Assembly: GCA_030647655.1 (NCBI GenBank)
Contig: JAUSJH010000006.1
Location: 3,737 to 67,736 of the forward strand
DNA from: a bacterium
GTDB lineage: Bacteria > Patescibacteriota > Minisyncoccia > Phycocordibacterales > UBA2100
Length of the DNA stretch: 64,000 nucleotides
Direction: 5' to 3'
Position numbers and translations under genes: made by a program. Of the stretch, positions 10,418 to 18,898 are shown one piece after another. Each line of letters starts with the position of its first letter. Position 1 is the first letter of the stretch. Below the pieces are notes generated by a model, which saw only the letters and a list, made by a program, of their open reading frames with translations, made no database searches and was not told where the DNA came from.

Positions 10418-10455
10418 TTTGCTCGGGTCGCCCGAACATGCAAAGCATGTTCTAG
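10394..10455. repeat. CTAR...YTAG double-hairpin element, copy 1
   Basis: CTAA-ACCCtaGAGCAAATC ttt GATTTGCTC GGGT-CGCCCG-AACATGC aaa GCATGTT-CTAG; overlaps the GIY-YIG stop codon and ends at tmRNA nt 1. Confidence 0.75.
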
Positions 10456-10837
10456 GGGGGTGACTGGCTTCGACAAGGAAATCGACATATATGTGCGCGG
10501 GGCAAAGCTGTAGTTGCTTTTCAACCGCTACACAATTCAAGTGCGAACAAAGTAGCACGTGCGGTTCTCTCACCTATTCAGGTGTCTGACCTGCAGTTCG
10601 CTTACGCGTTAGCCTAAGCGACCGTCCGCCAGTTCAACGCTTGATCAGAGCTGAACGGGCGTCACTTCATTCAAGCACTGATGTCGTAGGTCCGGACGAT
10701 ATCTAAGATGAGGACTCGGCGGTATACGATTCTGTTCATCTCATACGTATGCCGCTTAAATCAAAAGATGTTCTACGCTTCGTAGACACGCATATACTGT
10801 TTTTCCTTGGACGGGGGTTCGATGCCCCCCACCTCCA
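10456..10837 (+). ncRNA. ssrA: tmRNA (transfer-messenger RNA)
   Basis: 5' GGGGGTGACTGGCTTCGAC; 3' GGACGGGGGTTCGATGCCCCCCACCTCCA; tag ORF 10543-10617 ANKVARAVLSPIQVSDLQFAYALA*; lies just downstream of smpB. Confidence 0.95.
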
Positions 10838-10882
10838 CTCGATTCGGCCATATAAAATGGCCTCACTCGTGGCAAGCCACAA

Positions 10883-10916
10883 AATCAAAAGACCGCCAAG
10901 GGGCGGTCTTTTGATT
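10883..10916. terminator. Bidirectional intrinsic terminator
   Basis: 15-bp perfect inverted repeat AATCAAAAGACCGCC / GGCGGTCTTTTGATT between convergent ssrA and the small Cys-rich ORF. Confidence 0.8.
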
Positions 10917-10929
10917 ACCCACACGCTCT

Positions 10930-11049
10930 CTACTCCTCTGCTTCTATCTTCGAACGATTGGACGGGCACTTTTTGCCGCAGCCGGTGCACTTCTCATCAC
11001 CTGGCTTGCACGTGCTGTGCTCACCGCAGTTGCATTCATCTTCACTCAT
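10930..11049 (-). CDS. 39-aa Cys-rich metallothionein-like peptide (below the ORF-track cutoff)
   Basis: MSEDECNCGEHSTCKPGDEKCTGCGKKCPSNRSKIEAEE*; AT-rich upstream region; ends just before a terminator. Confidence 0.6.
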   Translation of the reverse strand: MSEDECNCGEHSTCKPGDEKCTGCGKKCPSNRSKIEAEE

Positions 11050-11112
11050 AAAAAATTATTAGCCTATTAATCACCTCAAATGGTATCCCCGCCCGCCAAT
11101 CTGTAAAGAACG

Positions 11113-11802
11113 CTATCTTTTCCTCTCAAACGAAACCTCTTGCGGTCCGGCAGAGTACGGTGCGACCTGGTATGGTTGGAAAATAAAGGTTACTTTGCCT
11201 GCCGATATCAGGAACGAGCTGAAATTCTCAGGGTTGGAATTTGCTCCCTCGGCAAAAAAGGTCTCACCCAGCCTCTCTTTCAATTGTGCGCTCACCGCAA
11301 CGGAGACCTGCTGAGCGGTTAGCTTTATCATTTTGAACGCATCATCTTGGAGAAGCTGTTTGCCGCTTATGCGGTCAAAATTTAATCCACTGAAGAGCGA
11401 GTTCGGGTGTGCACCGCCAGTGTATTGCGAGATAACGAGCTTGAAGGAGACAACGTCGGGCCCGACATAGGGAGATTCGTACCGAACGGTGAGCTCATTT
11501 TGCGGAGAGCTCATGCCCGGAGGATTCGGCGGAAGTGTCTTGAATTCCGCGATAGTGTCGTTCACGATTTTTCCTACCTTGGCATCGATTGCGGAAATGC
11601 CAAACTTCGGATACTGCACGTCTATCGTGTACACAGACGTTTCTTCGTTCACATTCGCTGTCGTAATCTGCACACTTTGCGGAGTTGTCGTGGCGACACC
11701 TGTGTTTTGTGCCTGTAGCTCCGGCTGCACGCGTGTCGCGACGAAGTAGCCTATGCCAAGTGCAAGAGCAGCAACAACAATGTATCCCGCAAAGCGACCC
11801 AT
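11113..11802 (-). CDS. RsiV/PdaC-like (DUF3298/DUF4163) membrane-anchored protein
   Basis: N-terminal TM; motifs YTGGAHPN and FIFQPYQVAPYSAGPQEV. Confidence 0.8.
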   Translation of the reverse strand: MGRFAGYIVVAALALGIGYFVATRVQPELQAQNTGVATTTPQSVQITTANVNEETSVYTIDVQYPKFGISAIDAKVGKIVNDTIAEFKTLPPNPPGMSSPQNELTVRYESPYVGPDVVSFKLVISQYTGGAHPNSLFSGLNFDRISGKQLLQDDAFKMIKLTAQQVSVAVSAQLKERLGETFFAEGANSNPENFSSFLISAGKVTFIFQPYQVAPYSAGPQEVSFERKR

Positions 11803-11967
11803 GTCTTGAGTATACCCCGTGAGATACGTCTGCCATATTTTGCTCCATAATCCGCCGAATATATATCTCACGGGGTATATCAAACCCGCCCGCTACGCGA
11901 CAAAGCCGCCCCTCGATCCGCCGATTGGCGAACTCAGGGCGGCTTTTGCACGATATCCAAAACCGAA

Positions 11968-12480
11968 TTACATCTCGATGCCCACCGTCACACTGACATT
12001 CCCGTCTCCAGTTTCAGCGATGTAGGCACCTACGGTGCGCGTGTCTTTCGTCGCCGAGACGACTGTGGCACCGGCCACGTTGGTCGTACCATGAATGGTC
12101 CAGCCCGCTGAGGTGAGTTGTTGTTTATAGTAATCTGCGACGCTCTGAACGGAAGCGTTCACGGTGTAGGAAACCGCGGAGCCCGATGTGCCGGTCTGCG
12201 GGTTCGAGGTGCCTGAGTAAACTATTGCCGCGCCCGTATAGTTTGCAGGAGCGTCCGATGGCCAATTCGCCGGCATACTTGCGCTGGTGCCGACCGTCAC
12301 GCTTCCATCGTTGTTGGTGTAAGTGGTTGAGCCGTCGGCATTCAGACTGCCGCCCGCCACGCCGCCTAACCCTCGCGTAACGAGCCACCCGAGGAGAAGC
12401 AAAATTACGATACCGCCGATAATGTACCACATCTTGTTTGAGCCCGATGTGGAAGGTGTGTTTGTGTTTCCTTCTGGCAT
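11968..12480 (-). CDS. Single-pass membrane-anchored hypothetical protein
   Basis: N-terminal TM; Ser/Thr/Gly-rich domain with MPANWPSDAP and YYKQQL..AGW. Confidence 0.7.
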   Translation of the reverse strand: MPEGNTNTPSTSGSNKMWYIIGGIVILLLLGWLVTRGLGGVAGGSLNADGSTTYTNNDGSVTVGTSASMPANWPSDAPANYTGAAIVYSGTSNPQTGTSGSAVSYTVNASVQSVADYYKQQLTSAGWTIHGTTNVAGATVVSATKDTRTVGAYIAETGDGNVSVTVGIEM

Positions 12481-12539
12481 ATTAATACTGTTACGTTGCT
12501 AAGTTCCTCCAGTCTCCCACTCGTGCTCTTGATGTGCAA

Positions 12540-13979
12540 CTAGACGTGCGCGGTTATATATTTCTTGATTAGCTCGGCATCCGCGTCATATACCTCGAAT
12601 CGCTCGGGAAGTGTGACGAGGCTCTTGAAGTGCACTGGTAGATCCGGGTCGCGCCCGATTGCTTCGCGGATAGTATTGGCAAATTTTGTGGGTAATGCGG
12701 TTTCAAGACATATCAAGGGAACATCTGCCTCGCGATGTTTGAGCCCGGTTGTTACTCCATCCGCTGTATGCGGGTCTATCAACACATCATATTTTTCCCA
12801 GATAGAGCGTATCGTGTTCAGACGCTCGGCATGTGTGCTTGAGCCCGCAATAATGCCTGTCTCGGAGATGCGCGAGAAATCCGGCGAGCCGGAAATGTCG
12901 AAGGCCCCTTTGGTTTGTAAATTGCCCCAGAGTTCCTGCATACGCGAGCGATCGCGGAGGATGAGATCAAATACATACCGCTCAAAATTCGATGCCTTCG
13001 AAATATCCATCGAGGGGCTTGAGGTGACCGCAACTTCGCCCCCCTTTCGCGGACGATACACGCCTCCAGTTTTTCCGCCCGAGGCGGATCCTCCTCCGGA
13101 GGAGAAGAATTCCTCGAGCACATTGTTCTCATTCGTCGCAAGGATAAGTTGTTTGATGGGAAGTCCCATGCATCGCGCCACGTGCCCCGCAAGAATGTCG
13201 CCGAAGTTTCCCGTAGGCACGGCATATGAGACGCGTTCGACATTCGAGCTTGTTGCGCGGAAATATCCCCAAAAGTAGTACACGACTTGCGATGCGATAC
13301 GCGCCCAGTTGATGGAATTGACTGCGCCGAGCTTGTACCGCTTTTTGAATTCTGAATCTCTATTCACCTGCTTTACGACATCCTGACAATCATCGAACGT
13401 ACCTCTAATGGCGATATTGAAAATATTTTCATCGGGCAAAGTATACATCTGCTTGCGCTGAAAATCGCTCATGCGACCCAAGGGTGAGAGCATGAAAACA
13501 CGGACACCCACTCTTCCGCGCATCGCGTACTCGGCCGCCGAGCCGGTGTCGCCGGAGGTCGCACCGAGGATATTAAGACGTTCCCCACTCTGTGCGAGCG
13601 CGTATTCGAATGCCCGACCAAGGAACTGCAGTGCGATGTCTTTGAACGCGAGTGTGGGGCCTTCGGAAAGATCAAGGAGATACAGCCCTGCTTCAAGTTT
13701 TTTAAGTGGCACAATATTATCGCTCCCGAAAATTTCTTTGGTGTACGTATCGAAAATGATTTTCCGTAGATCAGCCGGCGGGATGCCGTCGGCAAATTTC
13801 GAGAGAATCACGTACGCAAGCTCCGGATAACTCATCCGGCGCATCGTCTCAAGCTCCTGCGGGGAAAGTTGTGGGTATTTCTCGGGAACATACAAACCGC
13901 CATCCGGAGCAAGCCCTTCGAGAAGGATCTTGAGAAACGGCTGCGGAGCTCCTCCGCCCCGTGTCGAGATGTAGCGCAT
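12540..13979 (-). CDS. thrC: Threonine synthase
   Basis: Motifs MRYISTRG, GLAPDGGLYVP, GPTLAFKD (PLP Lys), ATSGDTG, NSINWAR, PTGNFGD, SPSMDI. Confidence 0.97.
   Translation of the reverse strand: MRYISTRGGGAPQPFLKILLEGLAPDGGLYVPEKYPQLSPQELETMRRMSYPELAYVILSKFADGIPPADLRKIIFDTYTKEIFGSDNIVPLKKLEAGLYLLDLSEGPTLAFKDIALQFLGRAFEYALAQSGERLNILGATSGDTGSAAEYAMRGRVGVRVFMLSPLGRMSDFQRKQMYTLPDENIFNIAIRGTFDDCQDVVKQVNRDSEFKKRYKLGAVNSINWARIASQVVYYFWGYFRATSSNVERVSYAVPTGNFGDILAGHVARCMGLPIKQLILATNENNVLEEFFSSGGGSASGGKTGGVYRPRKGGEVAVTSSPSMDISKASNFERYVFDLILRDRSRMQELWGNLQTKGAFDISGSPDFSRISETGIIAGSSTHAERLNTIRSIWEKYDVLIDPHTADGVTTGLKHREADVPLICLETALPTKFANTIREAIGRDPDLPVHFKSLVTLPERFEVYDADAELIKKYITAHV
13074..13103. repeat. 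30-nt double palindrome inserted in-frame in thrC (SSGGGSASGG)
   Basis: TCCGCC cga GGCGGA TCCTCC tcc GGAGGA; interrupts the EFF-KTG-VYRPR segment. Confidence 0.8.
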
Positions 13980-14074
13980 GAGTTGAATACTACCGACAAT
14001 TGACCGCTTTTCAATCATGCCGCATAGTTGCCACGGGCCAATCGTTCTCAAATCAACAGCCTGTGGGGAATTGC

Positions 14075-14374
14075 ATGAAAAACTATCCTGGCTTTGATGC
14101 GGGTATACCCGTGGCACTTGCCGTGGACATCAGCGAAATCGAAGAAGAACTCATCGCCATACGAGGGTTCCTTCAAAAACGCATCGCCGCTGCCGCCAAT
14201 GCAGGAGAGAAGGCAACACCCGAGCTGCAAATTCAGCTCGACCGAGAGCTCGCCAACGAGCTGCGTAATCATTCGGGATTCAGTAAACAAGATGTGTTGC
14301 GGATCAACTATGAGCTGACCGAGTTCTGCGTCTATATCACCGACCCGGAAGGCCGCAAGTATAGAATCGAGTAA
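14075..14374 (+). CDS. Hypothetical protein (99 aa)
   Basis: Intergenic ORF from ATG 14075 with protein-like composition, followed by a terminator. Confidence 0.55.
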   Translation: MKNYPGFDAGIPVALAVDISEIEEELIAIRGFLQKRIAAAANAGEKATPELQIQLDRELANELRNHSGFSKQDVLRINYELTEFCVYITDPEGRKYRIE

Positions 14375-14397
14375 TCGAGGTGCCTGAGGGAGAAACT

Positions 14398-14446
14398 GGG
14401 CGCGGCGGTGAGGAAATGTCCTCACTGCCGCGCCCGCTATTTTTTT
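14398..14446 (+). terminator. Intrinsic terminator
   Basis: GGGCGCGGCGGTGAGGA / TCCTCACTGCCGCGCCC stem followed by T7. Confidence 0.75.
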
Positions 14447-14454
14447 GAACGCCC

Positions 14455-14499
14455 GCCTGCGCTGAAGCTCCTGCCTGCGCTGAAGCTTCGGCAGGCAGG
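14455..14499. repeat. Branched palindromic repeat (CCTGCC...GAAGCT...GGCAGG), partly tandem-duplicated
   Basis: GCCTGCGCTGAAGCT occurs twice; CCTGCCTGC/GCAGGCAGG stem; resembles the palindrome at the rplV 3' end. Confidence 0.6.
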
Positions 14500-14523
14500 T
14501 CGGTGGGCAGGTATACTCTTCAC

Positions 14524-15303
14524 ATGAATATGCGTTCTATTTTGCAAATTGGTGGTGGAATTGTGCTCGGAATTTTAATCGGCGTTTTCCTAGTGGGCCG
14601 AACTACAGCGCCTGTCTTTAAGAGCGTGTCAATTGCCTCCCCCGCGGCGTCTGCAGTATCTACGAATGCGCCCACAGCGGCTGGCACTTACCCCGTCGTG
14701 AAAGTCGTCGATGGCGATACGCTCGCTATCCTGATGAATGGAAAAAGCGTAACACTGCGACTTATTGGGCTCGACACGCCGGAGACGGTAGACCCGCGCA
14801 AGCCCGTGCAGTGCTTCGGGAAAGAGGCGTCGGAGGAAGCGAAAGAGGTGCTCGCCGGCAAGACGGTTCGCCTAGAAATGGACCCGTCGCAGGGAGAGCT
14901 TGATAAATACGGTCGCACGCTCGCGTATGTGTTCCTGTCAGACGGAATGTCTTTCAACAAGTACATGATATCCGAGGGCTACGGGCACGAATATACTTAT
15001 AATCTGCCGTACAAATACCAGAGCGAATTCAAAGCGGCAGAAAAACAAGCGCGTGAGGAGAAAAAAGGATTGTGGGGGCTAGAACAATCGCAAAGCGATT
15101 GTTCGCCCGAACCTGTCTCGCCGAGCGAGACAGGTTTTAGGGCAGATGGTACCCATGATTGTTCCCGCAACACTTATAACTGCTCAAGCTTCAAAACGCA
15201 GTCGGAAGCCCAGCGGGTGTTCGACCTCTGCGGCGGCACTGCGAACGATGTCCACAAACTCGACAGCGATAAGGATGGCAGGGTGTGCGAAAGCCTGCCC
15301 TGA
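14524..15303 (+). CDS. Membrane-anchored thermonuclease (SNase) with C-terminal Excalibur-like Ca-binding domain
   Basis: Motifs VVDGDT, RLIGLDTPE, DKYGRTLAYV, KGLW; C-terminal NCSSF...LDSDKDGRVCESLP. Confidence 0.92.
   Translation: MNMRSILQIGGGIVLGILIGVFLVGRTTAPVFKSVSIASPAASAVSTNAPTAAGTYPVVKVVDGDTLAILMNGKSVTLRLIGLDTPETVDPRKPVQCFGKEASEEAKEVLAGKTVRLEMDPSQGELDKYGRTLAYVFLSDGMSFNKYMISEGYGHEYTYNLPYKYQSEFKAAEKQAREEKKGLWGLEQSQSDCSPEPVSPSETGFRADGTHDCSRNTYNCSSFKTQSEAQRVFDLCGGTANDVHKLDSDKDGRVCESLP
15079..15140. repeat. CTAR...YTAG double-hairpin element, copy 2 (in-frame in the nuclease gene)
   Basis: CTAG-AACAATCGC aaa GCGATTGTT-CGCCCG-AACCTGTCTCGC cga GCGAGACAGGTT-TTAG. Confidence 0.8.
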
Positions 15304-15333
15304 CATGTGTTTTTCTCGGTATACTTAGAACAC

Positions 15334-16602
15334 ATGCGCAATCCCGACCTTTCTGTTGCTGTTACTATTGCGACCGCAGTATTCATAAGCGTGGCGGTGT
15401 TTTGTTTGGTCCCGCGTTTTGTGGATGCGGCCGACCTTCCTGCAACAAATCCGGCCGCTTGCAACCAACTATTCGATCTGCCCCAAAATACAATGACGCG
15501 GCCTGCGGACAAGGCACTCATGACCCCGGAAACATGCGATGCTTACTTGTTTCTGCTTCAAAGATACGCCCCGTCGGCCGGCGGCTGTAGCGCACGATAC
15601 GTTCAAAGAACTGCCGGTATCACGAGTCTGAACCCGGATTTTGCCATTCGATTGACAAAAATGTTTCGCGCTGCACCCATGAACATTATGATAATTTCCG
15701 CATATAGGAATCGGCAAGCGCAACAATGCGCAAACCCGAGAGTGACCGACTCAAATCACTCAAAAGGTTTGGCTGTTGACCTTGGATGGGACCAGAAGAG
15801 TTGTAGCTCCTCGGCCTGCCAATGGGTGCTGGCGAACGGCGCTACATTCGGAGTCGGAATTCCTATGCGCTATGGGCCAGAATGGAATCATGTCCAACCG
15901 AGAGGATCCGTGCAGGGTGGGCTTGGTCCCGGGGCGGATGCTTCACAAACTTCTTCGCAACTTTCTGACGCTATTCGCCAAGCTCTCGGCATGCAGCCGC
16001 CTCCACCGCCTCCACCGCCTCCACCGCCTCCTCCTCCACCTCCGATGCAGCCGCAACCAATACTTCCCCCGCAAACCGCGCTCCCCGCACAGCCGACACT
16101 TCCTGCACAACCCACGCTCCCCGCCCAGCCAACGATATTTTCTGAGCAGACACCAATATCAAGTCTGCTTACAATGAATCCAATCGTGATAACACCAACG
16201 ACCACGCGTAGTACAACAACATCAGATACCGGCAACGGTGATTCTATATTCGACCTGATTGAGCAGTATGTAAGTCCAGTGAGCGACTTCATCATTATCG
16301 GCACGGCAACATCCATCTCGCTCAATCCGGATACTGGTGATGCTCTGGTACTTGTAGCGACACGACCGACCTCCACCGCGAATATATTCCCAACGTCTTC
16401 TTCGGTGAATGTGCCCAACACGTTCACGTCCCAAGACCTCGCCAAAAGTCCCATTTCTTCCTCTGTACTCCGACAAAATTCGCTCGTGCTGAAGGTGCTT
16501 GAAGTGATGAAAAATACCCTGCTCTACGCGCTTAACTACCTGAAGCCGTTCGGGGGGAGGACGCCCGGAACAGTACCGCCAGGCAGTGTGTACGCGGATT
16601 AG
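15334..16602 (+). CDS. Secreted peptidase M15 (Hedgehog/DD-peptidase, VanY-like) domain protein with poly-Pro linker
   Basis: Zn-peptidase motifs SAYR, SNHSKGLAVD, EWNH; signal/TM; poly-Pro; C-terminal region shared with the next gene. Confidence 0.8.
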   Translation: MRNPDLSVAVTIATAVFISVAVFCLVPRFVDAADLPATNPAACNQLFDLPQNTMTRPADKALMTPETCDAYLFLLQRYAPSAGGCSARYVQRTAGITSLNPDFAIRLTKMFRAAPMNIMIISAYRNRQAQQCANPRVTDSNHSKGLAVDLGWDQKSCSSSACQWVLANGATFGVGIPMRYGPEWNHVQPRGSVQGGLGPGADASQTSSQLSDAIRQALGMQPPPPPPPPPPPPPPPPMQPQPILPPQTALPAQPTLPAQPTLPAQPTIFSEQTPISSLLTMNPIVITPTTTRSTTTSDTGNGDSIFDLIEQYVSPVSDFIIIGTATSISLNPDTGDALVLVATRPTSTANIFPTSSSVNVPNTFTSQDLAKSPISSSVLRQNSLVLKVLEVMKNTLLYALNYLKPFGGRTPGTVPPGSVYAD

Positions 16603-16661
16603 AGAAAGGTTTTGCTCAGGGTCCGTGTCGAGTCTGAGCGTTTTTTCTGTATACTTCGTCT

Positions 16662-17903
16662 ATGAGTTCGACACGCGCTGAGATCGTTCTAAGAGGCGTA
16701 GTCCTTTTTCTGTTCCTGTTCCTACTAACAACTCCTTTATGGTCACAGGCAGCACTCACACCATGCACCAACGGTCATATAGCAACTCCGCAAGACGTTG
16801 CCGCCGGATACCCAGCTGGCGAGATTGTGTGTCCTCAAGATTATCAAACGACTGGTGTAACGGCTGATAGTGGCGCAGCAAAGCAATATTTAAATACGCA
16901 GTGGTGCCGTGGCGGGCCGTGTACGAAAAATGGTTACGTTTCCAATGTCACGCAACTTGATCCTAAATTCGCTATTTGCGCCGCAAATTTCTTAGAAAAG
17001 TACAAACAAAGAGACCCATCAGTTTGCATACGATGCGCATACCGGAGTCCTGAAATGCAACAAGCAATGTGTGGCTCAGGCTCATCTGGTTGCGCAGCCG
17101 CGAACCAATCAAATCATCCAAAGGGTATCGCAGTTGACTTAGTGCCGAGAAATTTGGATGACATGCAAGCCGCCGTACGCTCATTTTCCGGACTGAGACA
17201 TTTGACCCTTGTGAACGACAAGTGGCATGTCGAGGCCAACAATACGGGTACTTGTGGATTTGGAACTAATGGGGCAAACTCGGGCCCACCATCCGAAAAC
17301 TCACAATCCTCCTCTCTTGCCAACGCCATCCGCCAAGCGCTCGGCATGCCGCCGCCTCCCCCGCCTCCCCCGCCCCCACCTCCGCCATTACAACAGCAAC
17401 CGCAGACACTTCCACAGTCAGCACAACCAACTATTCCATCAGAGTCCCCACAAATCCCGCCCATATCGAGTCTTATATCTTCCACCTCCACGCCGCCACT
17501 TGTATCAACGAACATAAACACCAACGCTAATACAAATACAAACACCGACGCCACCTCCACGTTTGATCTGATTGAGCAGTATGCAAACCCAGTGAGCGAC
17601 TTCATAACTATCGGTACGGCAACATCCATCTCGCTCAATCCGGATACGGGTGACGCCATAGCCCTTAATGCGACAAGGCCGACCTCCACGGCGACAGGGA
17701 CAATCCTGACATCTCTTTCCGTGAATGTGCCCAACACGTTCACGTCCCAAGACCTCGCCAAAAGTCCCATTTCTTCCTCCCTACTGGGACCAAATTCGCT
17801 TGTGCTGAAGGTGCTCGCAGTGATGAAAAACACCCTGATTTACGCGCTTAACTACCTGAAGCCGTTCGGGGGGCGCACAACATCGCCAATGTACAGCGAA
17901 TAA
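16662..17903 (+). CDS. Secreted peptidase M15 domain protein, tandem paralog
   Basis: Motifs CAYRS, SNHPKGIAVD, DKWH; poly-Pro; near-identical C-terminal ~100 aa. Confidence 0.8.
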   Translation: MSSTRAEIVLRGVVLFLFLFLLTTPLWSQAALTPCTNGHIATPQDVAAGYPAGEIVCPQDYQTTGVTADSGAAKQYLNTQWCRGGPCTKNGYVSNVTQLDPKFAICAANFLEKYKQRDPSVCIRCAYRSPEMQQAMCGSGSSGCAAANQSNHPKGIAVDLVPRNLDDMQAAVRSFSGLRHLTLVNDKWHVEANNTGTCGFGTNGANSGPPSENSQSSSLANAIRQALGMPPPPPPPPPPPPPLQQQPQTLPQSAQPTIPSESPQIPPISSLISSTSTPPLVSTNINTNANTNTNTDATSTFDLIEQYANPVSDFITIGTATSISLNPDTGDAIALNATRPTSTATGTILTSLSVNVPNTFTSQDLAKSPISSSLLGPNSLVLKVLAVMKNTLIYALNYLKPFGGRTTSPMYSE

Positions 17904-17949
17904 GGAGCCGTTGAGAAAATGCTGATAGGTGCTATAGTCCCCTCAACAA

Positions 17950-18552
17950 ATGGGATTCACTAAGTACACATCGCAGGCGGAAAAAGTGCGCGCACGAATG
18001 AACGAGGGCATCAAAAGCCCCGAGGTACGGGTAATCGGACCGGAGGGCGAGAATTTCGGAGTGCTTCCTATACGTGAGGCGCTCGCAAGAGCCCAAGCGG
18101 CGGGACTCGATCTCATCGAGATATCGCCGAATGCTCAGCCGCCGGTGTGCAAAATCACCGATTATGGCAAATTCAAATACGAGCAGAAGAAAAAAGACAA
18201 AGAGATAAAATCGAAAGCGCATGTTACGGAGACCAAAGTGACGCAGGTGAAGATCGGAACCTCGGAGCGCGACATGCAGATAAAGGCTGGCAAGGCGGCC
18301 GCGTGGCTTAAGGAGGGGCATCGTGTGCGCGTGGACCTTTTCTTGTGGGGCCGCTACAAATACATGGAGTATGAGTTCCTCAAAGAGCGGCTCGAGAGAT
18401 TCCTCGCGGTCATTCCCGAAGGCTTTAAAATAGCCGAGCCTATACAAAAGGGGCTCAAGGGGCTTTCGGTATCCATCGAGCGTGACACTTCAAAGAAAAC
18501 CGCACCGCAAAAGAAAGCACCGGAAATATCGGCATCGTCCGAAAAAGCTTGA
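17950..18552 (+). CDS. infC: Translation initiation factor IF-3
   Basis: Motifs NEGI..PEVRVI, LDLIEISPNAQPPVCKITDYGKFKYE. Confidence 0.97.
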   Translation: MGFTKYTSQAEKVRARMNEGIKSPEVRVIGPEGENFGVLPIREALARAQAAGLDLIEISPNAQPPVCKITDYGKFKYEQKKKDKEIKSKAHVTETKVTQVKIGTSERDMQIKAGKAAAWLKEGHRVRVDLFLWGRYKYMEYEFLKERLERFLAVIPEGFKIAEPIQKGLKGLSVSIERDTSKKTAPQKKAPEISASSEKA

Positions 18553-18691
18553 AAACTTGCTTTTTCTGAACATCTCGGGCATACTTGCACGACCGCCAAA
18601 GAGCGGTTTTTATCTACCGTAGCGTAGCGAGAGAAGTGGGAAAGTTCACTTTCACACTTCCGAGCCAGCAAGGTAGCATTCGAAGAATCAC

Positions 18692-18880
18692 ATGAAAACA
18701 AACAAATCGTTCACAAAGCGCCTCCGCGTGAGCAAGAACGGCAAAATAGTCGCCCGCGCACCGGGCCAAAATCACTTCAACGCCAAAGAGAGCAGCTCCG
18801 GCCGCATGCGCCGCCGCCGCTCCATTTCCTTCCACGCGGCATTCGACAACACGGCAAAGAGCCGGTTTCTGGGAAATTAA
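18692..18880 (+). CDS. rpmI: 50S ribosomal protein L35
   Basis: KTNKSFTKR...NHFNAK; located between infC and rplT. Confidence 0.92.
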   Translation: MKTNKSFTKRLRVSKNGKIVARAPGQNHFNAKESSSGRMRRRRSISFHAAFDNTAKSRFLGN

Positions 18881-18898
18881 TAGGTACGACTCACAAGT

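Noticed and set aside
15996-16045. CCGCCTCCA-type microsatellites (also near 120 and 17350)
   Set aside because: They simply encode poly-Pro linkers.
17950-18552. Genetic code 25 (UGA=Gly) as in Gracilibacteria/Absconditabacteria
   Set aside because: Conserved genes are full length under code 11, and TGA ends genes such as infC and the nuclease at expected positions.
18590-18691. L20-leader RNA upstream of rpmI
   Set aside because: A promoter (TTGCTT-17-CATACT) and a GAAGTG/CACTTC stem are present, but I could not match the family consensus by eye.
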